A stretch of 63,999 nt of DNA, filler included, from an uncultured bacterium (GTDB lineage Bacteria; DAOPZR01), in the NCBI GenBank assembly GCA_964637655.1. It is 17 parts of 17 records of this genome, joined end to end, with 100 filler letters (N's around TTAATTAATTAA, not from the genome) between each part and the next. Parts side by side here need not be neighbours in the genome. Positions count along the whole stretch, not along the records: positions 19,504 to 23,247 come from CAZWUZ010000333.1; positions 23,348 to 27,065 come from CAZWUZ010000334.1; positions 27,166 to 30,868 come from CAZWUZ010000335.1; 14 more parts are not named here. One strand, written 5' to 3'. Of this stretch, positions 19,504-29,309 are shown one piece after another (position 1 is the stretch's first letter; each line of letters begins with the position of its first letter). Both the position numbers and the translations under genes were made by a program. The notes below the pieces were generated by a model, which was not told the origin of the DNA, searched no databases, and worked only from the letters and a program-made list of their open reading frames with translations.

Positions 19504-20966
19504 GTGCGCTCCGCCACCCGCTGCTCGAGTTGCGCGCGCGCTTCCTCGAGCGCGGTCAGTGCCTCGCGCCGTTCCTGCTGCGCGCGCAGCGCCATGATAC
19601 CGTGCGCGAGGGTCTCGCCCAGTTCGGCGAGCAGCGCGATTTCCGCCGCATCGAAGGCGCATTCTTCTCCTGTGCCCAGCGTGAACGCCCCGATAACGTC
19701 GCCATGCGCCGCCAGCGGCACGGCGCAGAGCGCGGCGATACCGTGCGCCTGCAGCGCCGCCTGCCACGCTGCGTCGAGGTGCCGGCATTCCGGCGCGCGC
19801 AGCACCACCGCCTCACCCGAGCGGATGGCGCGCCCGGCCGCACAGCAGCCCGCGGGACTGTCACTCCACGACAGGGGCAGCCCTTCGAGCATCCGGCTGG
19901 ACGGGCCGGCGACCGCTGCCTTGCGGATGGTGCGTTCCGTGTCGGGCATGGCAAGCCCCACCCACGCGAGCCGGTAACCGCCCTCGTCGGCCGCCAGCGC
20001 GCAGACGCGGTCGAGCAGTTTCTGCTCCTCCTCCGCGTGCACTACCACCGTGCTGCAGCGCGACTGCAGGCGCAGGGCGCGATTCGCCGCGGACAGATGC
20101 GCGGTAGCGCGGCGCACCTGCCGGCGCAACACGTAGAGGCCGAACAGCAGCGTGGCAAGCAACAACAGCACGGTGAGAATCGCGCCGTCGAGCCATTCCG
20201 GGCGTACCTCTTCCACCATCCCGCCGCCGAAGTAACGGTTGATGGTCCGGTAGTAGAACGAATGCTGCTGCGCCTTGAGTGCGCGCAGGTGCCGGTCAAT
20301 GGCGGGCAGCAGCACGGCCGTGCGCCGGCCGTTTTTCGGGAAGGCGAAGTGCAGGCGCGACGGCCCGAAGACGATACTCGTCGCCTCGACCGCAAACTCG
20401 CGCTCGTTCCCCATGCCGAAGAGGCGGTTGACGACGCCAGCATCCGCCTGCCCGGACGCGAGCAGCGTGAAGACGCCGGCCAGCGAATCGGTCTCGATGA
20501 ACGTGCAGGTGATGCCGAAGCGCGACGCGAGATTGTAGATGCCGTCTTCGCCGCTGGTGAGAATGTTGCCGCGCATCACCGCCACGCGTTTCCCGTTGAG
20601 TTCGAGCAGCGACTCGGGGCGCCTCACCCCGCGCGGGACATAGACCGTCCCCCAGTTGACGAGAACATTTTCTTCACCGAAGGTATACTGCTCCGCACGC
20701 TCACGCGACCAGGCGACATCGGGCATGACATCGATCTCGCCCCGCTCGAGGCGCTGCAGGCATTCCGTCCAGGTGCCGGGCACCCAGACCACCTGCCAAC
20801 CCTCCTGCTGCGCGATGTGCATGACCAGATCGGGAAAGAGCCCGGCGTACTCCCCGTCCTGCGTAAAGAGTTTCGGCTTGTTCTCGTAGAAGCCGACGCG
20901 CACCACTTCGGCGGCAGCAGCGGAGGCCAGCAGCAGCGTCAGCAGCGCGGCTGCCAGCAGGCGCAT
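19504..20966 (-). CDS. Sensor protein: periplasmic SBP (family 3) + TM + GAF, probably a histidine kinase (3' truncated)
   Basis: Signal peptide; VRVGFYENKP..LERGEIDV; GAF-like YRLAWVG..AVPL; LEQRVAER coiled coil. Confidence 0.8.
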
Positions 20967-22234
20967 CAGAACTGCGCCCCCAGCGCCAGCGCGAAGATAT
21001 CGTCGTCAGGTTCGGCGGCGGGGTTGAGACGGTACTGACCGGCAATGAGTGCCGGGTCGTAGGCGTTGAGGAAGGAGTAATCGCTCATCACCCGGCTGTA
21101 CTCCGCACGCAGTTGCGTGGCGTTGGCGAACAGGTAGCCGATGGCGAACGACACCTTGCGTTCGCAGGAATAGCCGGCGAGCAGTTCAGCCTCGAAGCTT
21201 TTCGGGTCGATGACGCTGTAGCGCACCCCGCATTCCCAGCCGGGAAGTCCGTGCCAGATGGCCTTGACGATATACTCGTTGACCGTTACCGCCGTCAACT
21301 GCGTGCGGGCGGGATTGCCGACCAGCCCGGCATCGCCCTCGAGCGCCATCTTGTCGTGACGCACCGTGGCGTATTCCGCCGAGAGACGGAGCGCCTGCGC
21401 GATATCCCAGGCGCCGTGGATATCGCGCGCGCTGAACCGCGAGCGCCCGACCGCCACCCCGTCGAGCGTATTGGTGTTGCGCATGTCACCCGCAACATAG
21501 CCGCCGCCGATAAAGGCACCGCTGACGACATTCCAGCGCAGGTTGGCGTTGAACTGCTTGGCGTCGTCGATATCGGGCGTCACCGAGGCGTTGTTCGCCA
21601 TCGACGCGCTGTCCGCCACTGTGCGCGCCACGCCATTCCCCGCGTACAGCGAATAGTCGAACATGCCGTCGGCGACTTTGCCCGAGAGCATGATGCCGAT
21701 ATCGGTCTTGTTGTTGAGCAGCGACCGCGCATCCTGCGCGTACTCACTGACGAAACACTCGCAGCCGCAGGCATCGGGGCGGCGCTCACCCTCGAGCCCG
21801 AAGGGGCGCGAGAACATCCCGATGCGCACCCCCGCCTGCGGCAGCGGCGTCCACGCGGCGTAGAGCAGTCGCGCGGTGATGCCTGCGGTGCCGTCACGGT
21901 AGCGGAAACAGCCGTAGGCCTTGAGCGTATCGGTCAGCGGACAGTCGGCGACGAGGCGGAAGCCGTAGCCCGCCTGCGCCGGTGTCTGGCGATTCCCGCC
22001 ATAACGCCCGGCCGACAGCAGGAATGTTTTGCGCATCGCGGTCGGGGCCGGCACGCGCCACGACGCGCCCGTCACCTGCACGCCCGCATCCTGCCACCCG
22101 GTGGCCGTGGCAAGTTGATAGGCGTCGTCACCTGCCTGCTGCTGCGCCCAGTAGGTTATCCACAGCCCGCCCGACAGGTTGATTTTTGCCGTGGCCGGCG
22201 CGGACAGCAGGCATAAAAAAAACGCCGTCAGCAT
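20966..22234 (-). CDS. Putative outer-membrane beta-barrel porin (phosphate porin O/P-like); start uncertain
   Basis: Signal-like N-terminus; RIGMFSRPFGLE; alternating aromatic strands; C-terminal Phe. Confidence 0.6.
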   Translation of the reverse strand: MLTAFFLCLLSAPATAKINLSGGLWITYWAQQQAGDDAYQLATATGWQDAGVQVTGASWRVPAPTAMRKTFLLSAGRYGGNRQTPAQAGYGFRLVADCPLTDTLKAYGCFRYRDGTAGITARLLYAAWTPLPQAGVRIGMFSRPFGLEGERRPDACGCECFVSEYAQDARSLLNNKTDIGIMLSGKVADGMFDYSLYAGNGVARTVADSASMANNASVTPDIDDAKQFNANLRWNVVSGAFIGGGYVAGDMRNTNTLDGVAVGRSRFSARDIHGAWDIAQALRLSAEYATVRHDKMALEGDAGLVGNPARTQLTAVTVNEYIVKAIWHGLPGWECGVRYSVIDPKSFEAELLAGYSCERKVSFAIGYLFANATQLRAEYSRVMSDYSFLNAYDPALIAGQYRLNPAAEPDDDIFALALGAQF

Positions 22235-22414
22235 GACGGCATTGCTGGTGGCGTTATGTAGAATTTCCGGAAGCGGGCGCCCGGTGAGCGGGTCAGCCGC
22301 CGTTGCCAGTGCGGTACGTTGTCGCTGCCATTCCCTCGGCATCAACGTCCTCGCTTTTCCGCGACTGCTGCCGGCATGATAGCAAACAGTTCCCCGTAGT
22401 GTCAATAACCGAGC

Positions 22415-22780
22415 TCAGCCCCCCGGCAGCAGGTCGCGCACGACGTTGCGCACGTCGCCGAGATTGAACGGCTTGGTGAAGTAGGCTGCCACCCCGAGCG
22501 CGCGGCACTCCGCTTCGGTATCCGCCTTGCTGTAAGCGGTGATCATGACCCAGCGGGCGGGCGGGGTGGTGGCGCTGGCCTCGCGCAACAAATCGATACC
22601 GCTCTCACCGGGCAGACAGATGTCGCTGACCACAGCGTCGTAGCTGCGTTCCGCGAGTCTGGCACGCGCCTGCTGCGGGCTGGTCACCCCGTCGATGCGC
22701 TCCGCGTCGTCGCAAAGGAGCAGTTTCAGCATCTGCACCACCTGCATTTCATCGTCGATGATCAGGATTGACGCGCCCAT
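22415..22780 (-). CDS. Single-domain response regulator
   Basis: ILIIDDE, VVSD, MITAY, FTKPF; RBS GGAGGAG. Confidence 0.9.
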   Translation of the reverse strand: MGASILIIDDEMQVVQMLKLLLCDDAERIDGVTSPQQARARLAERSYDAVVSDICLPGESGIDLLREASATTPPARWVMITAYSKADTEAECRALGVAAYFTKPFNLGDVRNVVRDLLPGG

Positions 22781-22867
22781 GGTCTCCTCCGTTACGCCGG
22801 TTCCTGCGCGGAGCGTAGCACTAAGCGCGCTTTCCGTCAACCCTGCTGATTATGCTATACTGCACGC

Positions 22868-23247
22868 ATGGAACGGGACATCATGGTCTATGTTGCCGCT
22901 GCTGCCAACCGCGACCTGATTGCCGCCGCCTGCGCGCGCCTGGACCTCGTCCCCCGCGCCGCCGCCACTACGGCGGAGGCGGATACCGTCCTGCACGACC
23001 ATGCGCCGGCCGGTGCCATTGTCGACTACCGGTTGCCGCGCCTCGTGCTCCCCGACGGGCTGCGCGTGGTCGTCATCGGCGCGGTGCATGCCGGTACCGT
23101 GCTGCAGATTATGCCCTACCACCCGCTCATGTTCATGCCGCTGCCGCTGCTGCCGTCGTCGCTCCTCGTCGCCCTGCTCACGCTGGCGGGCAGGACCGCC
23201 GCTGCCGCCACCGCGCCGGCGCGGGGGGCGGGAACGCGTGCCGTGCT
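22868..23247 (+). CDS. Hypothetical protein, degenerate receiver-like (3' truncated)
   Basis: ORF following a TG-TATACT -10 element; PAGAIVDYRLP resembles receiver beta3. Confidence 0.4.
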
Positions 23248-23347
23248 NNNNNNNNNNNNNNNNNNNNNNNNNNNNNNNNNNNNNNNNNNNNTTAATTAAT
23301 TAANNNNNNNNNNNNNNNNNNNNNNNNNNNNNNNNNNNNNNNNNNNN

Positions 23348-25944
23348 GCAATTCTTCACCCAGCCAGTGTCCGTGTGCTGCCAGGGGCATCGAGCAGCTG
23401 CTGCGCGGCAGCATCGCGCAGGTGCGCGACCTGTTCACCGCGCTGGCCGCGGCGCTGCCGGGCGAGGCGGCGCGCTGCACGGCGGCGGCGCAGTACACGG
23501 CTGCCGTGGAGGAGTTTCTCGGCAACCTGCCGCAGTACGTGGCGCTGGAGCGCGAGACGGGAACGGTGCGCGTGCTGCGTGCCATGCTCGTCGAGGAGGC
23601 GAGCGGGGCGCCGGTGGCGGGCATCGCGGTGCGCTTCCGGCTCGAGCGCGGCGACGGCGAACTGGCGGTCAACGGCATTCCCTGCGGGGCGCAGGCGGAG
23701 GTGGTGAGCGGCGACGACGGCGGGGTGACGGTGGAACTGCGCCTCCCCGCGCCCGACGCGCGCTACGAGGTGTTCGCCACGCATGACGACATGGTGCTGC
23801 TGCCGTGGCGCGACAGCGCGACGCTCTACGAACTGAGCGGGGGGGCCGACGACACCGGCAGATATCAGCCCGACCACGTGTCGAGCGCGACGGTGAGCGA
23901 CGAGGCGGACGACGATGACGACGAGGGGGGGACGCACGCGGGCGACCTGGCGGTCGGCATGGCCTGCCGGCTGATCGAGCGCGACATCAGGAACCTGGCG
24001 GCGGGAGATGTGCGTCTCGTGCGCATCGACGACCACCACCCCTACACGCCCGAGATTCTTGCCACCCTGCAGCGGCTGCAGGGCGAGGGGCTGCTGGAGA
24101 AGGTCAATCTCTGCTCGCTGCCGCGCGGGGAGGAACAGCCGAAAGAGCAGCAGCAGTGCGGGGCCGACCTGATCTACGCGAACTTCGTGAAGGGGCAGGC
24201 GGGTGACAACCCCGGGCTGGCGCTGCTGTGCGAGCTGGCGCATGTGCAGGACCTGCATATCCGCGTCGACGACCTCGCCATCGACCTGTCGAAACTGCTC
24301 GGGTCCAAGGTGGACAAGATCGCCATGACGCGCGCGCTGATGCGCGTGCGCACGGTCGACGATTTGCAAACGGTGATGGCGCGCGAAGGGTGGGCGCAGC
24401 GCGTGGCGGAGTACGAGGCGGCACTGGAAAAAATCTGCCCGCGGCTCGACGCGACGCTGTCGTGCATCCAGTTCCTCATCCCGCCGCCCGACGGCAACTA
24501 CGGGAAGGACCTCGGCTGGAAGTCGGTGCTCAAGCCCTTCGTCGGCATGGGTAAGGACGAGGCGGCCAAACAGCGCGAACTCAAAAAACTCTACGCGGCG
24601 AAACCGGAACACAGCGTGCGCATCTTCACCGCGCTCGCCCCGTTCTGCGACGGCAAGAAGGGTGAACCGCAGATCAACGTCGCCTCGGTGATCAACTACC
24701 TCAAGCCGCGCTACAGCCCCGACTATTTTTTCTACCATTACGGCGGCTTCCTGATGACGACGCGGCGGGTCAACGGCGAGAGTCACAAAATCGACCTCAA
24801 CCGCGTGGTCTCGACCATCGGCAGCAAGGCGGACGGCGGCCATGCCGAGGCGGCCTCGGGCCGCCCGTCGAGCAACCCCGCCTTCCCGCTGCACCGGTTC
24901 GAAGACGTGAAGGACAAGAACTACCAGGAGTACCTCTGCTACCTCGCGGCGAAGCTGCAGCCGCTGACGGGGCTCGAACTCTACCGTGTCGGCCCGGTGG
25001 CCGCGGAAAAGCTCCCGGAGGAGACACGGCAGGCGGTGATGCGCGCGGCGCGCTGCTGCTCCCTGCTGACGGTCAAGGGCAAAACGGTGCTCTTCGTGCT
25101 GCACCAGTATCCCGCGACGGGTGAGCCGCCGACGGGGCTGCCGCTGGTGCGCGACTACCTGACGCGCGTCATCCCCTGCGACTACCTCGTCTATGCCTAC
25201 GGGGTCAACCAGTGGGTCTTCATCAACCACGACGACGCCGACCAGGCGCTGGCGCTGGACGAACTGGCGCGCGCGCTGGGGACGTACCGCGACGGCGGCA
25301 GCCGCGTGGCGGCCGACTGCCAGCCGAAATACCATCCCGATTTCCCGTTCCGCGACTTCAAGTATGCCAATGCCAAGGCGTTCGCGCTGCTGGCGGGCTA
25401 CTTCGCGGCGTGCGTGCAGCGGCACTACCCGGAGGAAAAGGTGGTGCTGTCGGTGCCGGCAGTTGCCTTCGACGCGCAGCTGCAGCCGATTGCGGCGCGC
25501 GCGGAGAAGAACCTCGCCTTCATCGACTTCCACACCGCGGCGGGGGTGTCGCCCCGGCGGTCGTTCCGCGTCTTCTGCGCGCTGGCCCCGTTCACCGACC
25601 GCGCCAAGGGTGAGCCCGACCTCGGGGCGCTGACCGCGGCCTCCTCTTTGCGCAGCACGGGGAAGGATTTCGACTTCTTTCTCTACGCGGAGGGGAGCTA
25701 TCGCGGCACTTTAGTGGCGATGAAGAATGAACCGGCGCTCGATATGGCGGCCATCCTGCAGCGTATCGAGGCATCCATTCGTGTGCACCACGGCCCGGTC
25801 ATCCACTTCGCGCCCACCGTGCCGGCAGCCATGGGGAAGGTCAATTACAAGAATTTCCACGACTACCTCAAATGGCTGGGGGCGGCCATCGGCGAAGCGG
25901 GCGGGTTTGGCCTGCAGACGGTGACGGCACTCGACCGGCGCTGA
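23348..25944 (+). CDS. Large DHH-family phosphoesterase-like protein with three tandem DHHA1-like domains (5' partial)
   Basis: IDDHHP, CGADLIY, HVQDL; DGGHAEAASG; internal repeats of about 115 aa. Confidence 0.6.
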
Positions 25945-26063
25945 ACCGGGGAAAACGGCCGAAATCCTCCCACTGAGGCCCTCAAAACGGCCTCCTGTTC
26001 CCACTTTATTCTGCGCCGGATGCGCGACAGCGCTGGGGGCAGAGGTGTGGTGCGGGCACGGAC

Positions 26064-26093
26064 TTGCATTAGGGATACAATCCATGTTATACT
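26064..26093 (+). promoter_or_regulatory. Sigma70-type promoter of rimP-nusA
   Basis: TTGCAT-N18-TATACT with extended -10 TG. Confidence 0.55.
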
Positions 26094-26125
26094 CAGCGAC
26101 ACTTTGGGCTGGCTGGAGCCGGATC

Positions 26126-26154
26126 AGAGTGGGCGTGCGTCCCACTCTTTTTTT
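26126..26154 (+). terminator. rimP leader hairpin/attenuator
   Basis: AGAGTGGG-cgtgcgt-CCCACTCT followed by a T-run, between the promoter and rimP; this hairpin type is widely seen in rimP leaders. Confidence 0.7.
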
Positions 26155-26170
26155 ATGGCATGAGGTGCGT

Positions 26171-26656
26171 GTGCAGCAGGAAGTACTGGAGCAGTTGCTT
26201 GAACCGATTCTGGCGGAGGCCGGCTGCGGGCTGGTGGCGGTCGAGGTGCGTCCGCACGGGCACGGCGTGCTGCTGCAGGTCTTCATTGACCGGGCCGGCG
26301 GCATCGGGGTGAAGGATTGCGCGCTGGTGAACCGGCGGCTGCAGGCGCGGCTGGAACTCAACCATCCGGACCTGGTCTACACGCTGGAGGTGTCGTCGCC
26401 GGGCATCGACCGCAAGCTGCGCGGCGCGCGCGATGCGGCGCTGGCGGTGGGGCGCAGGGTGCGCGTCTGGACGGCGCAGCCGGTGGCGGGAGCGCTGGAG
26501 CATGGCGGCACGCTGACGGCGGCGGATGACGCGGCACTGACGCTGGCGGGTGCGGGCGGTGCGTCCGTGGTGATTCCATGGAGCGAGGTTACCGTCGCGC
26601 GGCTGGATCCCGACCTGTTCGGGGCGGCCGGGGCGGCGAAAGGGAGAAAACGCTGA
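26171..26656 (+). CDS. rimP: Ribosome maturation factor RimP
   Basis: LQVFIDRAGGIGVKDC; YTLEVSSPGIDRKL. Confidence 0.93.
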   Translation: MQQEVLEQLLEPILAEAGCGLVAVEVRPHGHGVLLQVFIDRAGGIGVKDCALVNRRLQARLELNHPDLVYTLEVSSPGIDRKLRGARDAALAVGRRVRVWTAQPVAGALEHGGTLTAADDAALTLAGAGGASVVIPWSEVTVARLDPDLFGAAGAAKGRKR

Positions 26657-27065
26657 TGAGCAAGAATCTGATCGCGGCGCTCGACGAGATCGAGCAGGAG
26701 AAGGGGATCAGCCGCGAGGTGATGCGCGGGGCGATCGAGGCCGCGCTGGTCTCGGCCTATCGCCGCCATTACGGCGGCGAGTACGACGTCGAGGCGCACC
26801 TGGACCTGCGCAACGGGCGCATCCGCATGCAGGCGCACAAGAAAGTGGTGGATGGGGTGCTCGATCCGCTCGACGAGGTGTCGCTCGAGGACGCGCGCAC
26901 CATCGACCCGCAGGTGGAACTGGGCGGCACCATCACCGTGGCGGTGAATATCGAGGAGTTCGGGCGGATCGCGGCGCAGACGGCGATGCAGGTGGTGATG
27001 CAGCGCATGCGCGAGGCGGAGCGCGACCTGCTCTACGAGGAGTAATTCAGCAAGAAGGGGGAGAT
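26656..27065 (+). CDS. nusA: Transcription factor NusA, N-terminal part (in-frame TAA at 27043-27045, close to the contig end)
   Basis: IEQEKGISRE..AIEAALVSAYRR; FGRIAAQTAMQV..QRMREAER. Confidence 0.9.
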
Positions 27066-27165
27066 NNNNNNNNNNNNNNNNNNNNNNNNNNNNNNNNNNN
27101 NNNNNNNNNTTAATTAATTAANNNNNNNNNNNNNNNNNNNNNNNNNNNNNNNNNNNNNNNNNNNN

Positions 27166-27241
27166 CGGCAATGACCGGAACGGTAAACAGCACAAGCAAC
27201 ATTACGTACAGCAGCGTAACCATCCATGCCCATTTTTTCAC
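27166..27241 (-). CDS. Start of a membrane protein (truncated)
   Basis: GTG start after GGGGAG; KKWAWMVTLLYVMLLVLF. Confidence 0.35.
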
Positions 27242-27334
27242 CTGGTTTCTCCCCTGGCAAACGTATTGTGCGGCGTCGGCGCTAAAGCACGCCATCCCGA
27301 CGGCGTCAGGGCAAAGACATGCACCGTCAGCACT

Positions 27335-27919
27335 TCATTCCAGGCGGCGGAAATCGCCGAGATGGTCGAGGCGACGCCGCGGGTTGCGCCCGTCGTAGTC
27401 CGCGTCGCTCAGCGGCAGCAGGTAGGACAGCAGCGGGCGCGGGTCGGCAACCCGCAGCCCCATTTTCCCGCGCTGCACCGCAACCGGCGCGCTGTCACCC
27501 AGACGGCCAAGCCAGCGGTCACGCACCCACCAGAGACGCAGCCGCTGTTCATCGACCGTATAGCACACATAGCCGTAGGCGCCGGTATCGGCTGTGAGAA
27601 TCATCCCCTCGGGGTCAAGGAAACTGAGCAACCAGACGCCGTCATGTTCACTGGCATAGCACGGCGTGCGGTAGGATGCGACCTGGCGCCCGGAATTGTC
27701 GTGCATCACCCAGACCGCCTGCATCAGCCCGGAATCATGATGGTGGTCGGTGACGCCGAAATGCACCCAGGTTGCGGCCCCCGTATCGCTGTGCCGCCAG
27801 GCACCGAAGAGCCGCGAGTCGGATGGCGTGCTCCCCGGTTCCACCAGCGGCCGGTCGCCCAGCAGCATGCACCCGCTCAAAACGAGTGCCATCGTCAGCA
27901 GCAGCACTGTTCTCAGCAT
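27335..27919 (-). CDS. Hypothetical lipoprotein
   Basis: MLRTVLLLTMALVLSG-C lipobox; DSRLFGAW; RBS GGAGG. Confidence 0.65.
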   Translation of the reverse strand: MLRTVLLLTMALVLSGCMLLGDRPLVEPGSTPSDSRLFGAWRHSDTGAATWVHFGVTDHHHDSGLMQAVWVMHDNSGRQVASYRTPCYASEHDGVWLLSFLDPEGMILTADTGAYGYVCYTVDEQRLRLWWVRDRWLGRLGDSAPVAVQRGKMGLRVADPRPLLSYLLPLSDADYDGRNPRRRLDHLGDFRRLE

Positions 27920-28093
27920 CGTCGCCTCCCTGCCAAACTATTGCCATCCGGCTCGCGTACCATGTCCGGCAATCACTATACCTTTTCGCCCGCGGCAAGG
28001 CACGCACCGGCCGGCGGTATCATGGCCGAGAATCCTGTGCCCTTCCGTTCCATACCGGAGCCCTCGCCGGCAGGCAGCAGACCAGCACCATCC

Positions 28094-28882
28094 TCATGCG
28101 GCGCCCGGTCCTCCCGGAGCAAGGCGGTTGACGAGTTGCAAACGCTTCTGCCAGTGCTCAGCCACCACCACCTGCTGCCGGAAATGCGCGGATACCCACT
28201 TGGCGCGCGCCACCACCCGCCCCTCCTCCTCGACCTTGCAGTAAAGTCCCTCCATGCGACCGCTCACATCGGTCTCCTGCGCGGCCTGCGCCGCATCCAC
28301 GCCGGCAGCACGGCAGGCCAGCGCGAACGCGGGGCGCGGGTCGGCACTGCAGCAGCGTGACTGCCCGTGCCAGCACAGCAGTTCGTCAGTCGAGTTGACC
28401 GTACCGGCAAAGAGCAGCGGCACGCTCTGCAGCGGTAGCCCGGCAAGCAGTTCCCGCCGGCGCGGTGTATCGAGGAAGTGCTCCGTGCCGGTGTCGAGCA
28501 CGTCGAATTCCAGCAGGTAGCCGGGAAGCATATCGTAGAACACCGTATGCTTGGCATACAGCCATTCGCCATACATGATGTAGCGACTGCCGAGCGCCCG
28601 CCACAGCGCATCGCGCCATTGCGCTGCCCACGCCTTGAGCCGGGCGAACTGCCGCTCGTTGGGCCCGCCGGTCAGGTAATGTCCGCGACTCTGCAGGCGC
28701 AGTGCGCCGTCACGGCCGAAACTGACCGCGCAGTTTGCGCCATCCACCTTTTCCTCGATGACGATATGCCGCCCCAGCAGTTCCCCGGCCGGGATGAGTG
28801 TGAGGTCCTCATCCCCGTCTTGCAGGCGCGAGCCCACGATATGCGGCGTGCGCGGATACTTGCGCAGGTCTTCACCGGCCAT
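28094..28882 (-). CDS. RNA ligase family (ATP-dependent nucleotidyltransferase)
   Basis: KYPRTPHI; motif I EEKVDGAN; LQSRGH; YGEW; FDV; motif IV EGLYCK; RAKWV. Confidence 0.85.
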   Translation of the reverse strand: MAGEDLRKYPRTPHIVGSRLQDGDEDLTLIPAGELLGRHIVIEEKVDGANCAVSFGRDGALRLQSRGHYLTGGPNERQFARLKAWAAQWRDALWRALGSRYIMYGEWLYAKHTVFYDMLPGYLLEFDVLDTGTEHFLDTPRRRELLAGLPLQSVPLLFAGTVNSTDELLCWHGQSRCCSADPRPAFALACRAAGVDAAQAAQETDVSGRMEGLYCKVEEEGRVVARAKWVSAHFRQQVVVAEHWQKRLQLVNRLAPGGPGAA

Positions 28883-28934
28883 GCGTCCCCCTCAGCATCG
28901 ATACGCTTATCGTTGCGCTTCCCTTGCGACTATA

Positions 28935-29237
28935 GCACAGGCGGGGGCGCCTGTGCTACATAATCAACTCCTTGCCTCTGCCTGTGTAGCACAGCCGCCC
29001 TCGGCTGTGCGTCTTTTCCAGCCGCCCCGGCTGTGCAGATACAAGCGGCACACCACAACTTTCACCGCGGAGCACACAGAGCACACGGAGAGGTTGCGAT
29101 TTATCGACGGCGATGCTCTCCGGCAATCCGTCATGCCCGATTTGTTCATCGGGCATCCACATCATTTCCTGATTTTGATTCATGTGGCACAGCCGCCACC
29201 CATCTTTCCAGAGGGCGTCTTCCGGACACGGCTGTGC
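28935..29237. repeat. Mosaic of REP-like hairpins (GTAG/GTGG type), a TTCACCGCGGAGCACACAGAG element and a GTCATGCCCGA..TCGGGCATCCA palindrome
   Basis: Inverted REP pair 28935-29010; element 29061-29091; palindrome about 29130-29159; interrupted REP 29184-29237. Confidence 0.8.
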
Positions 29238-29309
29238 AGGCAGGCAACACCTCAACATCTTTGCTACGGGTGTCGGGAACACGCAGCGCGATGACGCTCT
29301 GCCATGCCC

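Noticed and set aside
27043-27045. In-frame TAA in nusA (pseudogene or stop-codon recoding)
   Set aside because: It aligns to the conserved Y/F of 'YEE(Y/F)', is one base from TAC/TAT, and lies 20 nt from a contig end in an essential gene. TAA ends other genes here normally, so a base-call error is most likely
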